Of a DNA stretch of 64,000 nucleotides, positions 1-13,680 are shown in pieces. The stretch's first letter is position 1. Each line of letters begins with the position of its first letter. The position numbers and the translations under genes are program-made. A model generated the notes under the pieces. That model did no database searches, was not told where the DNA came from, and saw only the letters and a program-made list of their open reading frames with translations. The stretch is from Macrostomum hystrix (Eukaryota > Animalia > Platyhelminthes): positions 744,001 to 808,000 of the forward strand of contig CATNEN010000026.1 in NCBI GenBank assembly GCA_950097015.1. Direction: 5' to 3'.

Positions 1-556
<556 letters not shown>

Positions 557-841
557 CCCAGCACAGACAGATAGAAAAATTTTTAACAGCTGTCCTCGCC
601 CTATTTTATTACTAATAACTGTTCCATTGCATTACTAAATTCAAATCAATTCGCTTTATAAAGTCGAAACCTTTTCTGACCGGGTCAGCAAATTCCTAGA
701 TTTAATTAAATCCGACTCACACTCGCATCAGAATTACTAAAAAGCTTAGTATAACCTCAATAACTGGCATTATAACAATAGGATTTGACTCTTTTCAATG
801 GCTCGAGTATAAATAAGGCTTTCAAAATACCCCTTTCAAAG

Positions 842-1037
842 TCTGAAAATATCGTCTATACATCTACAGCAACAGCAGCAGCAGCAGCAGCCGTACAGCG
901 GAACCAGCGGCGGAGGCGCAGTATCAAGGACCAGAATTGTCCAGGTGAAACCCGTGCAGCGGCCTTCTGCTGTGGATACGGCCGACGATCGGACAGTGAT
1001 GCAGGAGCCAACGCGGCTGCAAAGTGAGCTGATGTGA
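842..1037 (+). CDS. Probable last coding exon of an unidentified upstream gene (poly-Q, ends ...QEPTRLQSELM*)
   Basis: Acceptor-like ccctttcaaAG (ends 841) or tacAG (ends 869). The frame reads LQQQQQQQQPYSGTSGGGAVSRTRIVQVKPVQRPSAVDTADDRTVMQEPTRLQSELM with TGA at 1035-1037. GC-rich and coding-like between repeats. No family recognised. Confidence 0.4.
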
Positions 1038-1119
1038 CATTGTGTGCTTGTCAACATATAACCCTTCTTAATAGTACGAGTAATAGCAATAATAATAGGA
1101 ATTGCAGGAGCCTTATGGG

Positions 1120-1665
1120 AGAGAGAATGCAGGGAGGCTGTAGGCTGTTGGACAGACAGTAGGGAGAATGCAGGGAGGCTGTAGGCTGTCGGACAGACAG
1201 TAGGGAGAATGCAGGGAGGCTGTATGTCGTGCAGACAGTAGGGAGAATGCAGGGAGGCTGAAGGCTGTCGTGCAGACAGTAGGGAGAATGCAGGGAGGCT
1301 GTAGGCTGTCGGACAGACAGTAGGGAGAATGCTGGGAGGCTGTAGGCTGTTGGACAGACAGTAGGGAGAATGCAGGGAGGCTGTAGGCTGTCGGACAGAC
1401 AGTAGGGAGAATGCAGGGAGGCTGTAGGCTGTTGGACAGACAGTAGGGAGAATGCAGGGAGGCTGTAGGCTGTTGGACAGACAGTAGGGAGAATGCAGGG
1501 AGGCTGAAGGCTGTCGTACAGACAGTAGGGAGAATGCAGGGAGGCTGAAGGCTGTCGGACAGACAGTAGGGAGAATGCAGGGAGGCTGTAGGCTGTCGGA
1601 CAGACAGTAGGGAGAATGCAGGGAGGCTGTAGGCTGTCGGACAGACAGTAGGGGGAATGGAGGGA
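1120..1665. repeat. 41-nt minisatellite (gtagggagaatgcagggaggctgtaggctgtcggacagaca), about 13 copies
   Basis: Period measured directly (1159 to 1200). Confidence 0.97.
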
Positions 1666-2070
1666 GGTTGTAGTCTATGGAATATTTATATTTCTGAACC
1701 ATATCGGCCACTATTAGTAGCGAGTTTGGTCAGCGTGACTGGAAAATATAGTAGTGTAAAAAATCAGATGCATAAACTGATAGCACTCAATCAGCTGCCA
1801 TAACCATAGCCAACGAATAAAAGTGCTTAGATCGAAGAAATCGATAATTTGACGAGTGTGCGATCTTTATTGATCAAAAGAACGTTTTAGTACTCATAGT
1901 TTCCTTAATTGACGAACACAGATATTGGACACCTTGGCTACAGTATTTGGCGCTTGATTACCGATAGCAAGTCAAGGAAATATTCCAGAATAGTTTAGAA
2001 TCTGCAGGGAAACTGAATTTCATTAGCACGGAATCTGAAGTGGAACTAAATTCACTGACAGAGAGGTCTA

Positions 2071-2399
2071 TCGCGTTTGCCTCTCTCACCAAGGTCCCTG
2101 AGCTCGATTCCGCGGCGAGGCCACATTCATTTGGGGCGCAGCCGCGGAGAGAAGGCTTGGTGGCTTGTCGTGCAATTTACGCCGTTGAGGGCCAACCTCC
2201 AAGGCACAGTGAGAGTGTACACTGCCTGACGATGAGAAAGTCAGGGCAGATGTACACACCTGTGTGAGCGTGTGCCTGCGTACGGTATCTGTGTGCGTGT
2301 GTGCTCAGGAGTCAGCGAAATAGACAAAATTGGCTCCTCGCTGGCTGCGGGTCTAGTGTCACCAAATGATGTGCCATTGCCCGCAGCCCTCCTGCAATT
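2071..2399 (+). mobile_element. tRNA-derived SINE family 1, copy A (about 330 bp)
   Basis: Near-identical to copies at 33353, 37858, 43946 and 53144. Head has B-box-like GAGCTCGATTCC; 3' hairpin ggctgcggg...cccgcagcc. Confidence 0.8.
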
Positions 2400-2921
2400 A
2401 CAAATGCCTATACGAGCTATAATGACTCGAATGGAAACAGATATGGAACTGGGGTGGCTGGATCGGGAATTTTAAAATGCACCCGAAGTGGCTTTAAGTG
2501 ACCTGCTGTCTATTTGCTTGCAGCCTGCACCGAATTTGCATAAATTATATTTTAATGGGTCATTTAATTAGGGCGCGTTTTATCTCGACTGTCCATTGGC
2601 AACAATTGAAGAAGCGAACAGAAAATGCAACTGGTAAATTTCTGCAACTCGATATGCTGGTCTGCTTTTTATTATAAATTTCCTTTTCCTTGGAGGAAAA
2701 CAAATATAGCATTTCGACCCCAATGATGTGATGAGTCGCTGCTGACTGTAAATGGATCTGCAGGGTTAGGGGGGCCATTCCCATGAGGGAATATAAGTAA
2801 TAATAAATAATAAATATCTATATGTATATACTGAAGGCTTTAAAAAATAGGCCACATTTTGTGAGCAACAATGCTTCGCAGAATAAAAAGTGTGGGAATA
2901 TACGGTCCTGTGGCGCGAGAG

Positions 2922-3730
2922 CACACACTCACACACTAACACACACTCACACACACACACACTCACACACTCACTCACACACTCACACACACTCACACAC
3001 ACACACACACTCACACACTCACACACTCACATACTCACACACTCACATACTCACACACTCACATACTCACACACTCACATACTCACACACTCACTCACAC
3101 ACTCACACATACACTCACTCACACACTCACACACTCACACACACTCACACACGCACACACTCACACCCTCACACACCCTCACACACACTCACACACTCAC
3201 ACACTCACACACTCACACACACTCACACACACTCACACACACTCCCACACGCACACACTCACACACTCACACACACTCACACACACTCACACACACTCAC
3301 TCACTCGCGCACTCACTCACACACACTCACACACACTCCCACACGCACACACTCACACACTCACACACACTCACACACTCACTCACTCGCGCACTCACTC
3401 ACACACACTCACACACACTCCCACACGCACACACTCACACCCTCACACACACTTACACACACTCACACAGACTCACACCCTCACACACACTCACACACTC
3501 ACACACACTCACACCCTCACACACACTCACACACACTCACACACTCACACACACTCACACACTCACACACACTCACACACACTCACACACACTCACTCAC
3601 TCGCGCACTCACTCACACACTCACACACTCACTCACTCGCGCACTCACTCACACACACTCACACACTCCCACACGCACACACTCACACCCTCACACACAC
3701 TCACACACACTCACACAGACTCACACACAC
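2922..3730. repeat. Degenerate (CA/CACT)n microsatellite
   Basis: cacacactca-type units. Source of the H/T/S-rich ORFs. Confidence 0.98.
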
Positions 3731-4171
3731 AGACCAAAGCGAGAAGATTGAGATGAATGGTGGTTAGGGTTGGAAGGCAGCTCTCGGATAGGACAGGACC
3801 ATCCTAAGTCCCCAGAGTTCTCGTTGGATGGCTAATACTGCTGCTTGGGATCGAGTTGAGAACCTCGGCTTTCTAGAAGCAGAACGCGGGCAATCAGAAG
3901 TACAGTGCTGGCGCATGAGCATAAATTTATCATTTATTCGCGCTTTCGCTATTTTCGAGAATACGGTGCTAAAGAAATTCTGCGGCAGAAAAAGCAGAAG
4001 TCGCATGCTCAGGCGAATGCGAAAAGCAGCTTCGGCGGCCAGTTTGAGACTGGGCGACGCTCAGTACATGATCTTCTCGACGATTCGGCCGGCCAGTGAG
4101 TGGGTCTGAGGTTCGACTCCCACTGCAGACACCAGAAGTGGGGTTGGGAACTAGGAAGATTGGTTAGACAA

Positions 4172-4940
4172 CTGGATAGAGATTGGATAGAGATTGGATA
4201 GAGACTGGATAGACAATTAGATAGAGATTGGATAGACAATTAGATAGAGATTGGATAGACAATTAGATAGAGATTGGATAGACAATTAGATAGAGATTGG
4301 ATAGAGATTGGATAGAGATTGGATAGAGATTGGATAGACAATTAGATAGAGATTGGATAGAGATTGAATAGAGATTGGATAGAGATTGGATAGAGATTGG
4401 ATAGACAATTAGATAGAGATTGGATAGACAATTAGATAGAGATTGGATAGAGTTTGGATGGACAATTAGATAGAGATTGGATGAGATTGGATAGACAATT
4501 AGATAGAGACTGGATAGACAATTAGATAGAGATTGGATAGACAATTAATAGAGATTGGATAGAGATTGGATAGAGATTGGATAGAGATTGGATGGACAAT
4601 TAGAAAGAGATTGGATGAGATTGGATAGACAATTAGATAGAGATTGGATAATATTGGATAGACAATTAGATAGAGATTGGATAGAGATTGGATAGAGATG
4701 TATAAACGATTAAATTTAAGATACATATAGATTGAATAGACAAAGGCGGAGATTGGATAGATAATTTTGGAGATTAGATAGGCAAAGGGAAGATGGGATA
4801 GAGACTATTAGAGGTTGAATAGAGAACAGTGGATATTGGATAGAGAACAGTGGATATTGGATAGAGAACAGTGGATATTGGATAGAGAACAGTGGATATT
4901 GGATAGAGAACAGTGGATATTGGATAGAGAACGGTGGGGA
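4172..4940. repeat. gattggataga/caattagataga satellite (4172-4770) followed by a 21-nt tggatagagaacagtggatat array (4812-4940)
   Basis: Direct inspection. Confidence 0.95.
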
Positions 4941-5689
4941 TTGGATATAGATCAGTGTAGATTAGATAAAGAATATGAGAGTTCCTATAGAGAAGGGTAG
5001 ATTGGATAGAGTACTTTGTTAATAAATGTAAATATAAATCACATATTTAGATAGGATAAGATATTCAGATAAGACACGGCATGTCAGGAGCAGATCAAAT
5101 AGCAGATCTGTCAAGGTACGGATTGGGTTTCAATAGTCTAATCTTAGCTGAGAACACACATTAAATGTACACTAAAAGTACATCCATTTGACGGCTCTCG
5201 CAGCTGTGTTAGACTGACTGAGAAATGGTGAAGAGATCACAGGCACTAATACTGTTAACAAAGCACTCCCTAACCAAAAAAACTGAATGGTGGCTGAGCA
5301 TATTTTCCTGGACTCCGGGTCTATTCGGCTATCGGCAAAAAAAATGTCCAACGAAGTCCCTGCTAGCCTTGACCACATGATTGATGGAGGAGAGCTTGGA
5401 GAGATTTTCGGGATTCGAAGAGAGAGGGAAGGGGAGGAAAAAGGGAGAGAGGAACAAAGTGTTGCAGCCACTAATGCCAGTATGAGAACCGGGGCTTGCA
5501 TAGAGAGAGCAAACAGTTCGAACCCCAGTTGCTCTGGTCAGGGTTGATGCAAATGTTGCTGGGGGAACAGATTCTAAGAAATCTGCTGCCCTGCTGAGGG
5601 ACAAAGGAGGAGAAATATGATAGCAGAAATAATTGTATTTGCTTCACCTGCTTGGGATTATCTATGAATTAGGATGAACCAATCATTCT

Positions 5690-5830
5690 GTCAACCTATC
5701 AATCAATCACCTACTAAATCAATTAATCAATCAATCAAACAGTTAGTCAATTTATTAATCGGGAAATTTGTCAATAAATCAAGTCATTTACCAATCAAGC
5801 CACCAATCAATAAATCAATCTATCTATCTT

Positions 5831-5878
<48 letters not shown>

Positions 5879-6050
5879 GCAACCAACTAAACGATCTAGA
5901 AATCAATGAACAAGCCAATTCGAGCCAAACAATTCAATCAGTTGATAATGCAGCTAGTCAATCATCTTTTGATCGATCAATTAATCAATCTATCAATCTA
6001 TCAATCAATTGATCAATACTAGTTAATCGGTCAATTAATCAATCAACCAA
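5690..6050. repeat. Mixed (ATCA)n/(TCTA)n microsatellite
   Basis: Direct inspection. Confidence 0.9.
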
Positions 6051-7426
6051 TTCGTCAAGCTAAAATTTCATCAATCCCAAAATAAGTACACTCCCGTAAC
6101 CAACCAACATTTTCTTTTTTAACATTTTCTCGTCCTATTAAGCACAATCTCGGGCGTCCGAGACTACTGAACACAGTAGTATGTAGAAGTACGACTGGTG
6201 ACAGCTTTTCTGTTTAATATTTGCTTTTTTTAATTTACAAGGTCGCATATATTAATTTTCTATGACGGCAAAAGAACACGCATTTATTTCTCTCGCTACA
6301 TGCGTTTTTCTTTTTAACCACTTTTTCACTTGTCTTCTGGTCTCTGTTTCTAAAAATGGCTTATTTTCAAGATTTTCAAAATAAGATAACGCATTCGCGA
6401 GCTTTTTACTGAGAATTAAGCTACGTTCAACTCAGTTAGGCTCTTCTATACATCAGACAGACCTTTTTTTAAAAATAGATCTGGAATCTTGACGTCACGT
6501 GACCAACAATTATTTTACTAAAAATAGCATCAATAGACAATTGCAATGTTCAATAGACATCCTTGTCGAGCATATATGCTTTAAATTTTTTACTACCCAG
6601 TTCGGTTTCATGTACTATAGTATTATAAACAGAGCCCAAACATAGCGAAATAACGGTTTAAGCACGATTCTCCTACAAAAAAAGGCGAGACACCCTGCAG
6701 CTCTGGTTACCCCTCACTTTCAATACCCGACCAAAAAAACTGCCACGCGTGACAAATCAGCTAACCCATGCTAAATCCCAAATCCCAAATCGCAAATGAC
6801 AAGCCTTATTCGATTATATTGCTAGTCCTTGGCCAAGTGGCAGTTTAGTACAAGTTTTCTGTTAACAAACTGCTGAATATTCTTGGTCGGCCAAGTTTGT
6901 GCTAGCTGTGCTAGCTGCTTCTCTGTTAATTGATTTTTATAGATTCAGATTTGTTAATCCTTAATTACGGCGGGCACTAAATCCTTTATAAATCCCCAAT
7001 TATGATGCGAATGTTTTCAGATCGATGCCGATAATCTTCGTTGACTTTCTTGATAATAGGACAAGTATTTGACAAGAACTTAGCAAATAGCAACTGATTT
7101 AACTGCCCAAGTAGGTTTATATTTCTCTATGCCGGAAAAAAAACTTTTCTTAAAGCAAAATTAAAATCAAAGGTTTGTAAAACATGATAGGGTGCTCTTC
7201 TGTTCAGTTGACCAAACTGCTTGAGGGCCAGAGAGATTTGAGGCCTCTCATGATGAGGCTTTAGTGACCCGTGCTGCCACACGGCATGTACTTTTAATTG
7301 TAAGTGAGTTGAACTGTAGTGATTGACGGAAAAGTTGAAAACCGTTCCTTTAATCCACTGGAGAAGAAATTCGTAAAATAGAATGCAGAACATGTGACAG
7401 AACTGTTACTATTGTAGCTTGAGTAG

Positions 7427-8000
7427 TTGGAATCGCAGCTCCCTGGAATCGCAGCTAGACTTCTCCCAGGAATCGCAGCTAGAGTTCTCACTGGAATCGC
7501 AGCTAGACTTCTCCCTGGAATCGCAGCTAGACTTCTCCCTGGAATCGCAGCTAGACTTCTCCCTGGAAGCGCAGCTAGACTTCTCCCTGGAATCGCAGCT
7601 AGACTTCTCCCTGGAATCGCAGCTAGAGTTCTCACTGGAAGCGCAGCTAGAGTTCTCACTGGAAGCGCAGCTATAGTTCTCACTGGAATCGCAGCTAGAG
7701 TTCTCACTGGAAGCGCAGCTAGAGTTCTCACTGGAATCGCAGCTAGAGTTCTCACTGGAATCGCAGCTAAAATTCTCTCTGGAATCGCAGCTAGAGGTCG
7801 CACTAGAATCGCATTTAGACTTCTCATTAAAATTGCGGCTAGAATCCTCCATGGAATCGCAGCCAAAGTTCTCACTGGAATCGCAGCTATACTTATTCCT
7901 GGAATCGCAGCTAAAATTCTCTCTGGAATCGCAGCTATAGTTCTCACTGGAATCGCAGCAAGGGTTATCACAGGAATCGCAGATAGTCACTGGTGCACTC
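7427..8000. repeat. 24-nt minisatellite (ggaatcgcagctagacttctccct)
   Basis: Regular 24-nt period; explains the 8-aa-periodic ORFs. Confidence 0.97.
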
Positions 8001-8841
8001 AAAACTATATTTTTTGGCTATTGTTGGATCGAGTTGGAATCGCAAATAGATATTTAGCTAGAGTTTTAGTAGTATTGAAGCGGTATCGAAGCAAGAACCG
8101 TAGCTAGAACGGAGGTTGGAATTGTAGCTAGAATCTAATAATTGAGACAGGAACTAGAGACATGTGCTAGAATCGCAGCTGGAACCATCGCTGGAAATAG
8201 AAAACAAGGATCTAGGAACTCATTTTATTTTTAGACTTTTAAATCAGCTAAAGTACTTTAATGACGAAAATCACTTCGCGGTGGGCAGTTGCAACTTTCA
8301 CACTACTTCACCTTGACTTTTTATCAAATCCTTTTAATGCTAGGACTTCTCTTCCACTTGTTCTAGGCACTCCTGTTTTCTCCCGATCCAATTATCCCAA
8401 ACGCCATTGCCACTCATTCTCAGAAAGTGTCCCCAATGATCGTTGCGAAAAGAAAAAAAATGAAATGTGCTGGTAGCCAGTGAAATGGGGATTGGCCTAC
8501 AGGCGATTAGAAAAGTTAGAGGAGCATTGAGAGAGAGAGGAGGGGGAGGGGAGAGGGAGATGGTAGCGGCATGACGATCGGTGAAGTTAAACGATTGAGG
8601 GGAGGAAACTCTGGTAACTGCCAAAGCTTCTGATTGGCTGGGCATCGGGTATGCTGGCGTGTACAGTCAGTTTCACTTATTTCCTCACTCCAGTTCGGAT
8701 TGAGCGGGGTGATTTCGCCCCAACTCTTGAAACCATTCGCAGTTCGCGTTAGATCCCATTTCAAAGCTTCAACATCAAACAGAATCTGGCTTACCGATTC
8801 GCTATCAAATTCAGTTGCTATTATTATCAACATTTGAAGCG

Positions 8842-8899
8842 ATGAGTTCGAGCCAGGAAAGACGGCAGTTGAACTGCATCAGTGAGGACATTGTGGAAG
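8842..8899 (+). CDS. PDE1: Candidate first coding exon of a long PDE1 isoform (MSSSQERRQLNCISEDIVE-G)
   Basis: ATG at 8842, donor GAAG|GTATTT after 8899, phase 1. Joins in frame to the 16748 exon. No homology evidence. Confidence 0.5.
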
Positions 8900-8967
8900 G
8901 TATTTATTTATTCGGCAATGATACACAGTTTCAAATATTTGTTTAACTAGATTTAACTTTGAGTATA

Positions 8968-11900
8968 TAGGTATGTCAGTTGATAGGAGTGTCAGTTGAT
9001 AGGTGTGTCAGTTGATAGGAGTGTCAGTTGATAGGTATGTCAGTTGATAGGAGTGTCAGTTGATAGGTGTGTCAGTTGATAGGTATGTCAGTTGATAGGA
9101 GTGTCAGTTGATAGGTATGTCAGTTGATAGGAGTGCCAGTTGATATGAGTGTCAGTTGATAGGTGTGTCAGTTGATAGGTGTGTCAGTTGATAGGTGTGT
9201 CAGTTGATAGGTGTGTCAGTTGATAGGTGTGTCAGTTGATAGCTGTGTCAGTTGATAGGTGTGTCAGTTGATAGCTGTGTCAGTTGATAGGTGTGTCAGT
9301 TGATAGGTGTGTCAGTTGATAGGTGTGTCAGTTGATAGGTGTGTCAGTTGATAGGTGTGTCATTCGATAGATGTGTCAGTTGATAGGTGTGTCAGTTGAT
9401 AGGAGTGTCAGTTGATAGGTGTGTCAGTTGATAGGAGTGTCAGTTGATAGGTATGTCAGTTGATAGGAGTGTCAGTTGATAGGTGTGTCAGTTGATAGGT
9501 ATGTCAGTTGATAGGAGTGTCAGTTGATAGGTGTGTCAGTTGATAGGTATGTCAGTTGATAGGAGTGTCAGTTGATAGGTATGTCAGTTGATAGGAGTGC
9601 CAGTTGATATGAGTGTCAGTTGATAGGTGTGTCAGTTGATAGGTGTGTCAGTTGATAGGTGTGTCAGTTGATAGCTGTGTCAGTTGATAGGTGTGTCAGT
9701 TGATAGGTGTGTCAGTTGATAGGTGTGTCAGTTGATAGGTGTGTCAGTTGATAGGTGTGTCAGTTGATAGGTGTGTCATTCGATAGATGTGTCAGTTGAT
9801 AGGTGTGTCAGTTGATAGGAGTGTCAGTTGATAGGTGTGTCAGTTGATAGGAGTGTCAGTTGATAGGTATGTCAGTTGATAGGAGTGTCAGTTGATAGGT
9901 GTGTCAGTTGATAGGTATGTCAGTTGATAGGAGTGTCAGTTGATAGGTGTGTCAGTTGATAGGTATGTCAGTTGATAGGAGTGTCAGTTGATAGGTATGT
10001 CAGTTGATAGGAGTGCCAGTTGATATGAGTGTCAGTTGATAGGTGTGTCAGTTGATAGGTGTGTCAGTTGATAGGTGTGTCAGTTGATAGCTGTGTCAGT
10101 TGATAGGTGTGTCAGTTGATAGCTGTGTCAGTTGATAGGTGTGTCAGTTGATAGGTGTGTCAGTTGATAGGTGTGTCAGTTGATAGGTGTGTCAGTTGAT
10201 AGGTGTGTCAGTTGATAGGTGTGTCAGTTGATAGGTGTGTCATTCGATAGATGTGTCAGTTGATAGGTGTGTCAGTTGATAGGAGTGTCAGTTGATAGGT
10301 GTGTCATTCGATAGATGTGTCAGTTGATAGGTGTGTCAGTTGATAGGTGTGTCATTCGATAGGTGTGTCAGTTGATAGGTGTGTCAGTTGATCGGTGTGT
10401 CAGTTGATAGGGGTGTCATTCGATAGATGTGTCAGTTGATAGGTGTGTCAGTTGATAGGTGTGTCAGTTGATAGGTGTGTCAGTTGATAGGTGTGTCAGT
10501 TGATAGGAGTGTCAGTTGATAGGTTGTGTCTGTTGATAGGTGTGTCATTTGATAGGTGTGTCATTTGATAGGTGTGTCAGTTGATAGGTGTGTCAGTTGA
10601 TAGGTGTGTCATTTGATAGATGTGTCAGTTGATAGGTGTGTCAGTTGATAGGTGTGTCAGTTGATAGGTGTGTCAGTTGATAGGTGTGTCAGTTGATAGG
10701 TGTGTCAGTTGATAGGTGTGTCAGTTGATAGGTGTGTCATTCGATAGATGTGTCAGTTGATAGGTGTGTCAGTTGATAGGTGTGTCATTCGATAGGTGTG
10801 TCAGTTGATAGGTGTGTCAGTTGATAGGTGTGTCAGTTGATAGCTGTGTCAGTTGATAGGTGTGTCAGTTGATAGCTGTGTCAGTTGATAGGTGTGTCAG
10901 TTGATAGGTGTGTCAGTTGATAGGTGTGTCAGTTGATAGGTGTGTCAGTTGATAGGTGTGTCAGTTGATAGGTGTGTCATTCGATAGATGTGTCAGTTGA
11001 TAGGTGTGTCAGTTGATAGGAGTGTCAGTTGATAGGTGTGTCATTCGATAGATGTGTCAGTTGATAGGTGTGTCAGTTGATAGGTGTGTCATTCGATAGG
11101 TGTGTCAGTTGATAGGTGTGTCAGTTGATAGGTGTGTCAGTTGATAGGGGTGTCATTCGATAGATGTGTCAGTTGATAGGTGTGTCAGTTGATAGGTGTG
11201 TCATTCGATAGGTGTGTCATTCGATAGATGTGTCAGTTGATAGGTGTGTCAGTTGATAGCTGTGTCAGTTGATAGCTGTGTCAGTTGATAGCTGTGTCAG
11301 TTGATAGGTGTGTCATTCGATAGATGTGTCAGTTGATAGGTGTGTCAGTTGATAGCTGTGTCATTTGATAGGTGTGTCAGTTGATAGGTGTGTCAGTTGA
11401 TAGGTGTGTCAGTTGATAGGTGTGTCAGTTGATAGGTGTGTCAGTTGATAGGAGTGTCAGTTGATAGGTTGTGTCTGTTGATAGGTGTGTCATTTGATAG
11501 GTGTGTCATTTGATAGGTGTGTCAGTTGATAGGTGTGTCAGTTGATAGGTGTGTCAGTTGATAGGTGTGTCAGTTGATAGGTGTGTCAGTTGATAGGTGT
11601 GTCAGTTGATAGGTGTGTCAGTTGATAGGTGTGTCAGTTGATAGGTGTGTCAGTTGATAGGTGTGTCATTCGATAGATGTGTCAGTTGATAGGTGTGTCA
11701 GTTGATAGGTGTGTCATTCGATAGGTGTGTCAGTTGATAGGTGTGTCAGTTGATAGGTGTGTCAGTTGATAGCTGTGTCAGTTGATAGGTGTGTCAGTTG
11801 ATAGCTGTGTCAGTTGATAGGTGTGTCAGTTGATAGGTGTGTCAGTTGATAGGTGTGTCAGTTGATAGGTGTGTCAGTTGATAGGTGTGTCAGTTGATAG

Positions 11901-13680
11901 GTGTGTCAGTTGATAGGGGTGTCATTCGATAGATGTGTCAGTTGATAGGTGTGTCAGTTGATAGGTGTGTCATTCGATAGGTGTGTCATTCGATAGATGT
12001 GTCAGTTGATAGGTGTGTCAGTTGATAGCTGTGTCAGTTGATAGCTGTGTCAGTTGATAGCTGTGTCAGTTGATAGGTGTGTCATTCGATAGATGTGTCA
12101 GTTGATAGGTGTGTCAGTTGATAGCTGTGTCATTTGATAGGTGTGTCAGTTGATAGGTGTGTCAGTTGATAGGTGTGTCAGTTGATAGGTGTGTCAGTTG
12201 ATAGGTGTGTCAGTTGATAGGAGTGTCAGTTGATAGGTTGTGTCTGTTGATAGGTGTGTCATTTGATAGGGGTGTCATTCGATAGATGTGTCAGTTGATA
12301 GGTGTGTCAGTTGATAGGTGTGTCATTCGATAGGTGTGTCATTCGATAGATGTGTCAGTTGATAGGTGTGTCAGTTGATAGCTGTGTCAGTTGATAGCTG
12401 TGTCAGTTGATAGCTGTGTCAGTTGATAGGTGTGTCATTCGATAGATGTGTCAGTTGATAGGTGTGTCAGTTGATAGCTGTGTCATTTGATAGGTGTGTC
12501 AGTTGATAGGTGTGTCAGTTGATAGGTGTGTCAGTTGATAGGTGTGTCAGTTGATAGGTGTGTCAGTTGATAGGAGTGTCAGTTGATAGGTTGTGTCTGT
12601 TGATAGGTGTGTCATTTGATAGGTGTGTCATTTGATAGGTGTGTCAGTTGATAGGTGTGTCAGTTGATAGGTGTGTCATTTGATAGATGTGTCAGTTGAT
12701 AGGTGTGTCAGTTGATAGGTGTGTCAGTTGATAGGTGTGTCAGTTGATAGGTGTGTCAGTTGATAGGTGTGTCAGTTGATAGGTGTGTCATTCGATAGAT
12801 GTGTCAGTTGATAGGTGTGTCAGTTGATAGCTGTGTCAGTTGATAGCTGTGTCAGTTGATAGCTGTGTCAGTTGATAGGTGTGTCAGTTGATAGGTGTGT
12901 CAGTTGATAGGTGTGTCAGTTGATAGGTGTGTCAGTTGATAGGAGTGTCAGTTGATAGGTTGTGTCTGTTGATAGGTGTGTCATTTGATAGGTGTGTCAT
13001 TTGATAGGTGTGTCAGTTGATAGGTGTGTCAGTTGATAGGTGTGTCATTTGATAGATGTGTCAGTTGATAGGTGTGTCAGTTGATAGGTGTGTCAGTTGA
13101 TAGGTGTGTCAGTTGATAGGTGTGTCAGTTGATAGGTGTGTCAGTTGATAGGTGTGTCATTCGATAGATGTGTCAGTTGATAGGTGTGTCAGTTGATAGG
13201 TGTGTCATTCGATAGGTGTGTCAGTTGATAGGTGTGTCAGTTGATAGGTGTGTCAGTTGATAGCTGTGTCAGTTGATAGGTGTGTCAGTTGATAGCTGTG
13301 TCAGTTGATAGGTGTGTCAGTTGATAGGTGTGTCAGTTGATAGGTGTGTCAGTTGATAGGTGTGTCAGTTGATAGGTGTGTCAGTTGATCGGTGTGTCAG
13401 TTGATAGGTGTGTCAGTTGATAGGTGTGTCAGTTGATAGGTGTGTCAGTTGATAGGTGTGTCAGTTGATAGGGGTGTCATTTGATAGCTGTGTCAGTTGA
13501 TAGGTGTGTCAGTTGATAGGTGTGTCAGTTGATAGCTGTGTCAGTTGATCGGTGTGTCAGTTGATAGGTGTGTCAGTTGATAGCTGTGTCAGTTGATAGG
13601 TGTGTCAGTTGATAGGTGTGTCAGTTGATAGCTGTGTCAGTTGATAGGTGTGTCATTTGATAGCTGTGTCAGTTGATATA
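8968..13680. repeat. 16-nt satellite (gtgtcagttgataggt), about 295 copies, 4.7 kb
   Basis: Regular 16-nt period with recurrent variants. Confidence 0.99.

Noticed and set aside
2822-3756. His/Thr-rich ORFs (metal-binding-like)
   Set aside because: Translation of a CA-type microsatellite. The same applies to the ORFs at 836-1711, 7294-8107, 15342-16789, 31197-32510, 39030-39801 and 48155-50544.
4098-4135. tRNA-like GGTTCGACTCC...CCA
   Set aside because: B box only; no D arm, anticodon arm or proper acceptor stem can be drawn.
5172-5604. Overlapping short ORFs (e.g. 5287-5547)
   Set aside because: No recognisable domain and no convincing splice signals.
6490-6501. Full CRE TGACGTCA overlapping CACGTG upstream of PDE1 (feedback idea)
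   Set aside because: About one such 8-mer is expected by chance in 64 kb, and no promoter evidence supports it.
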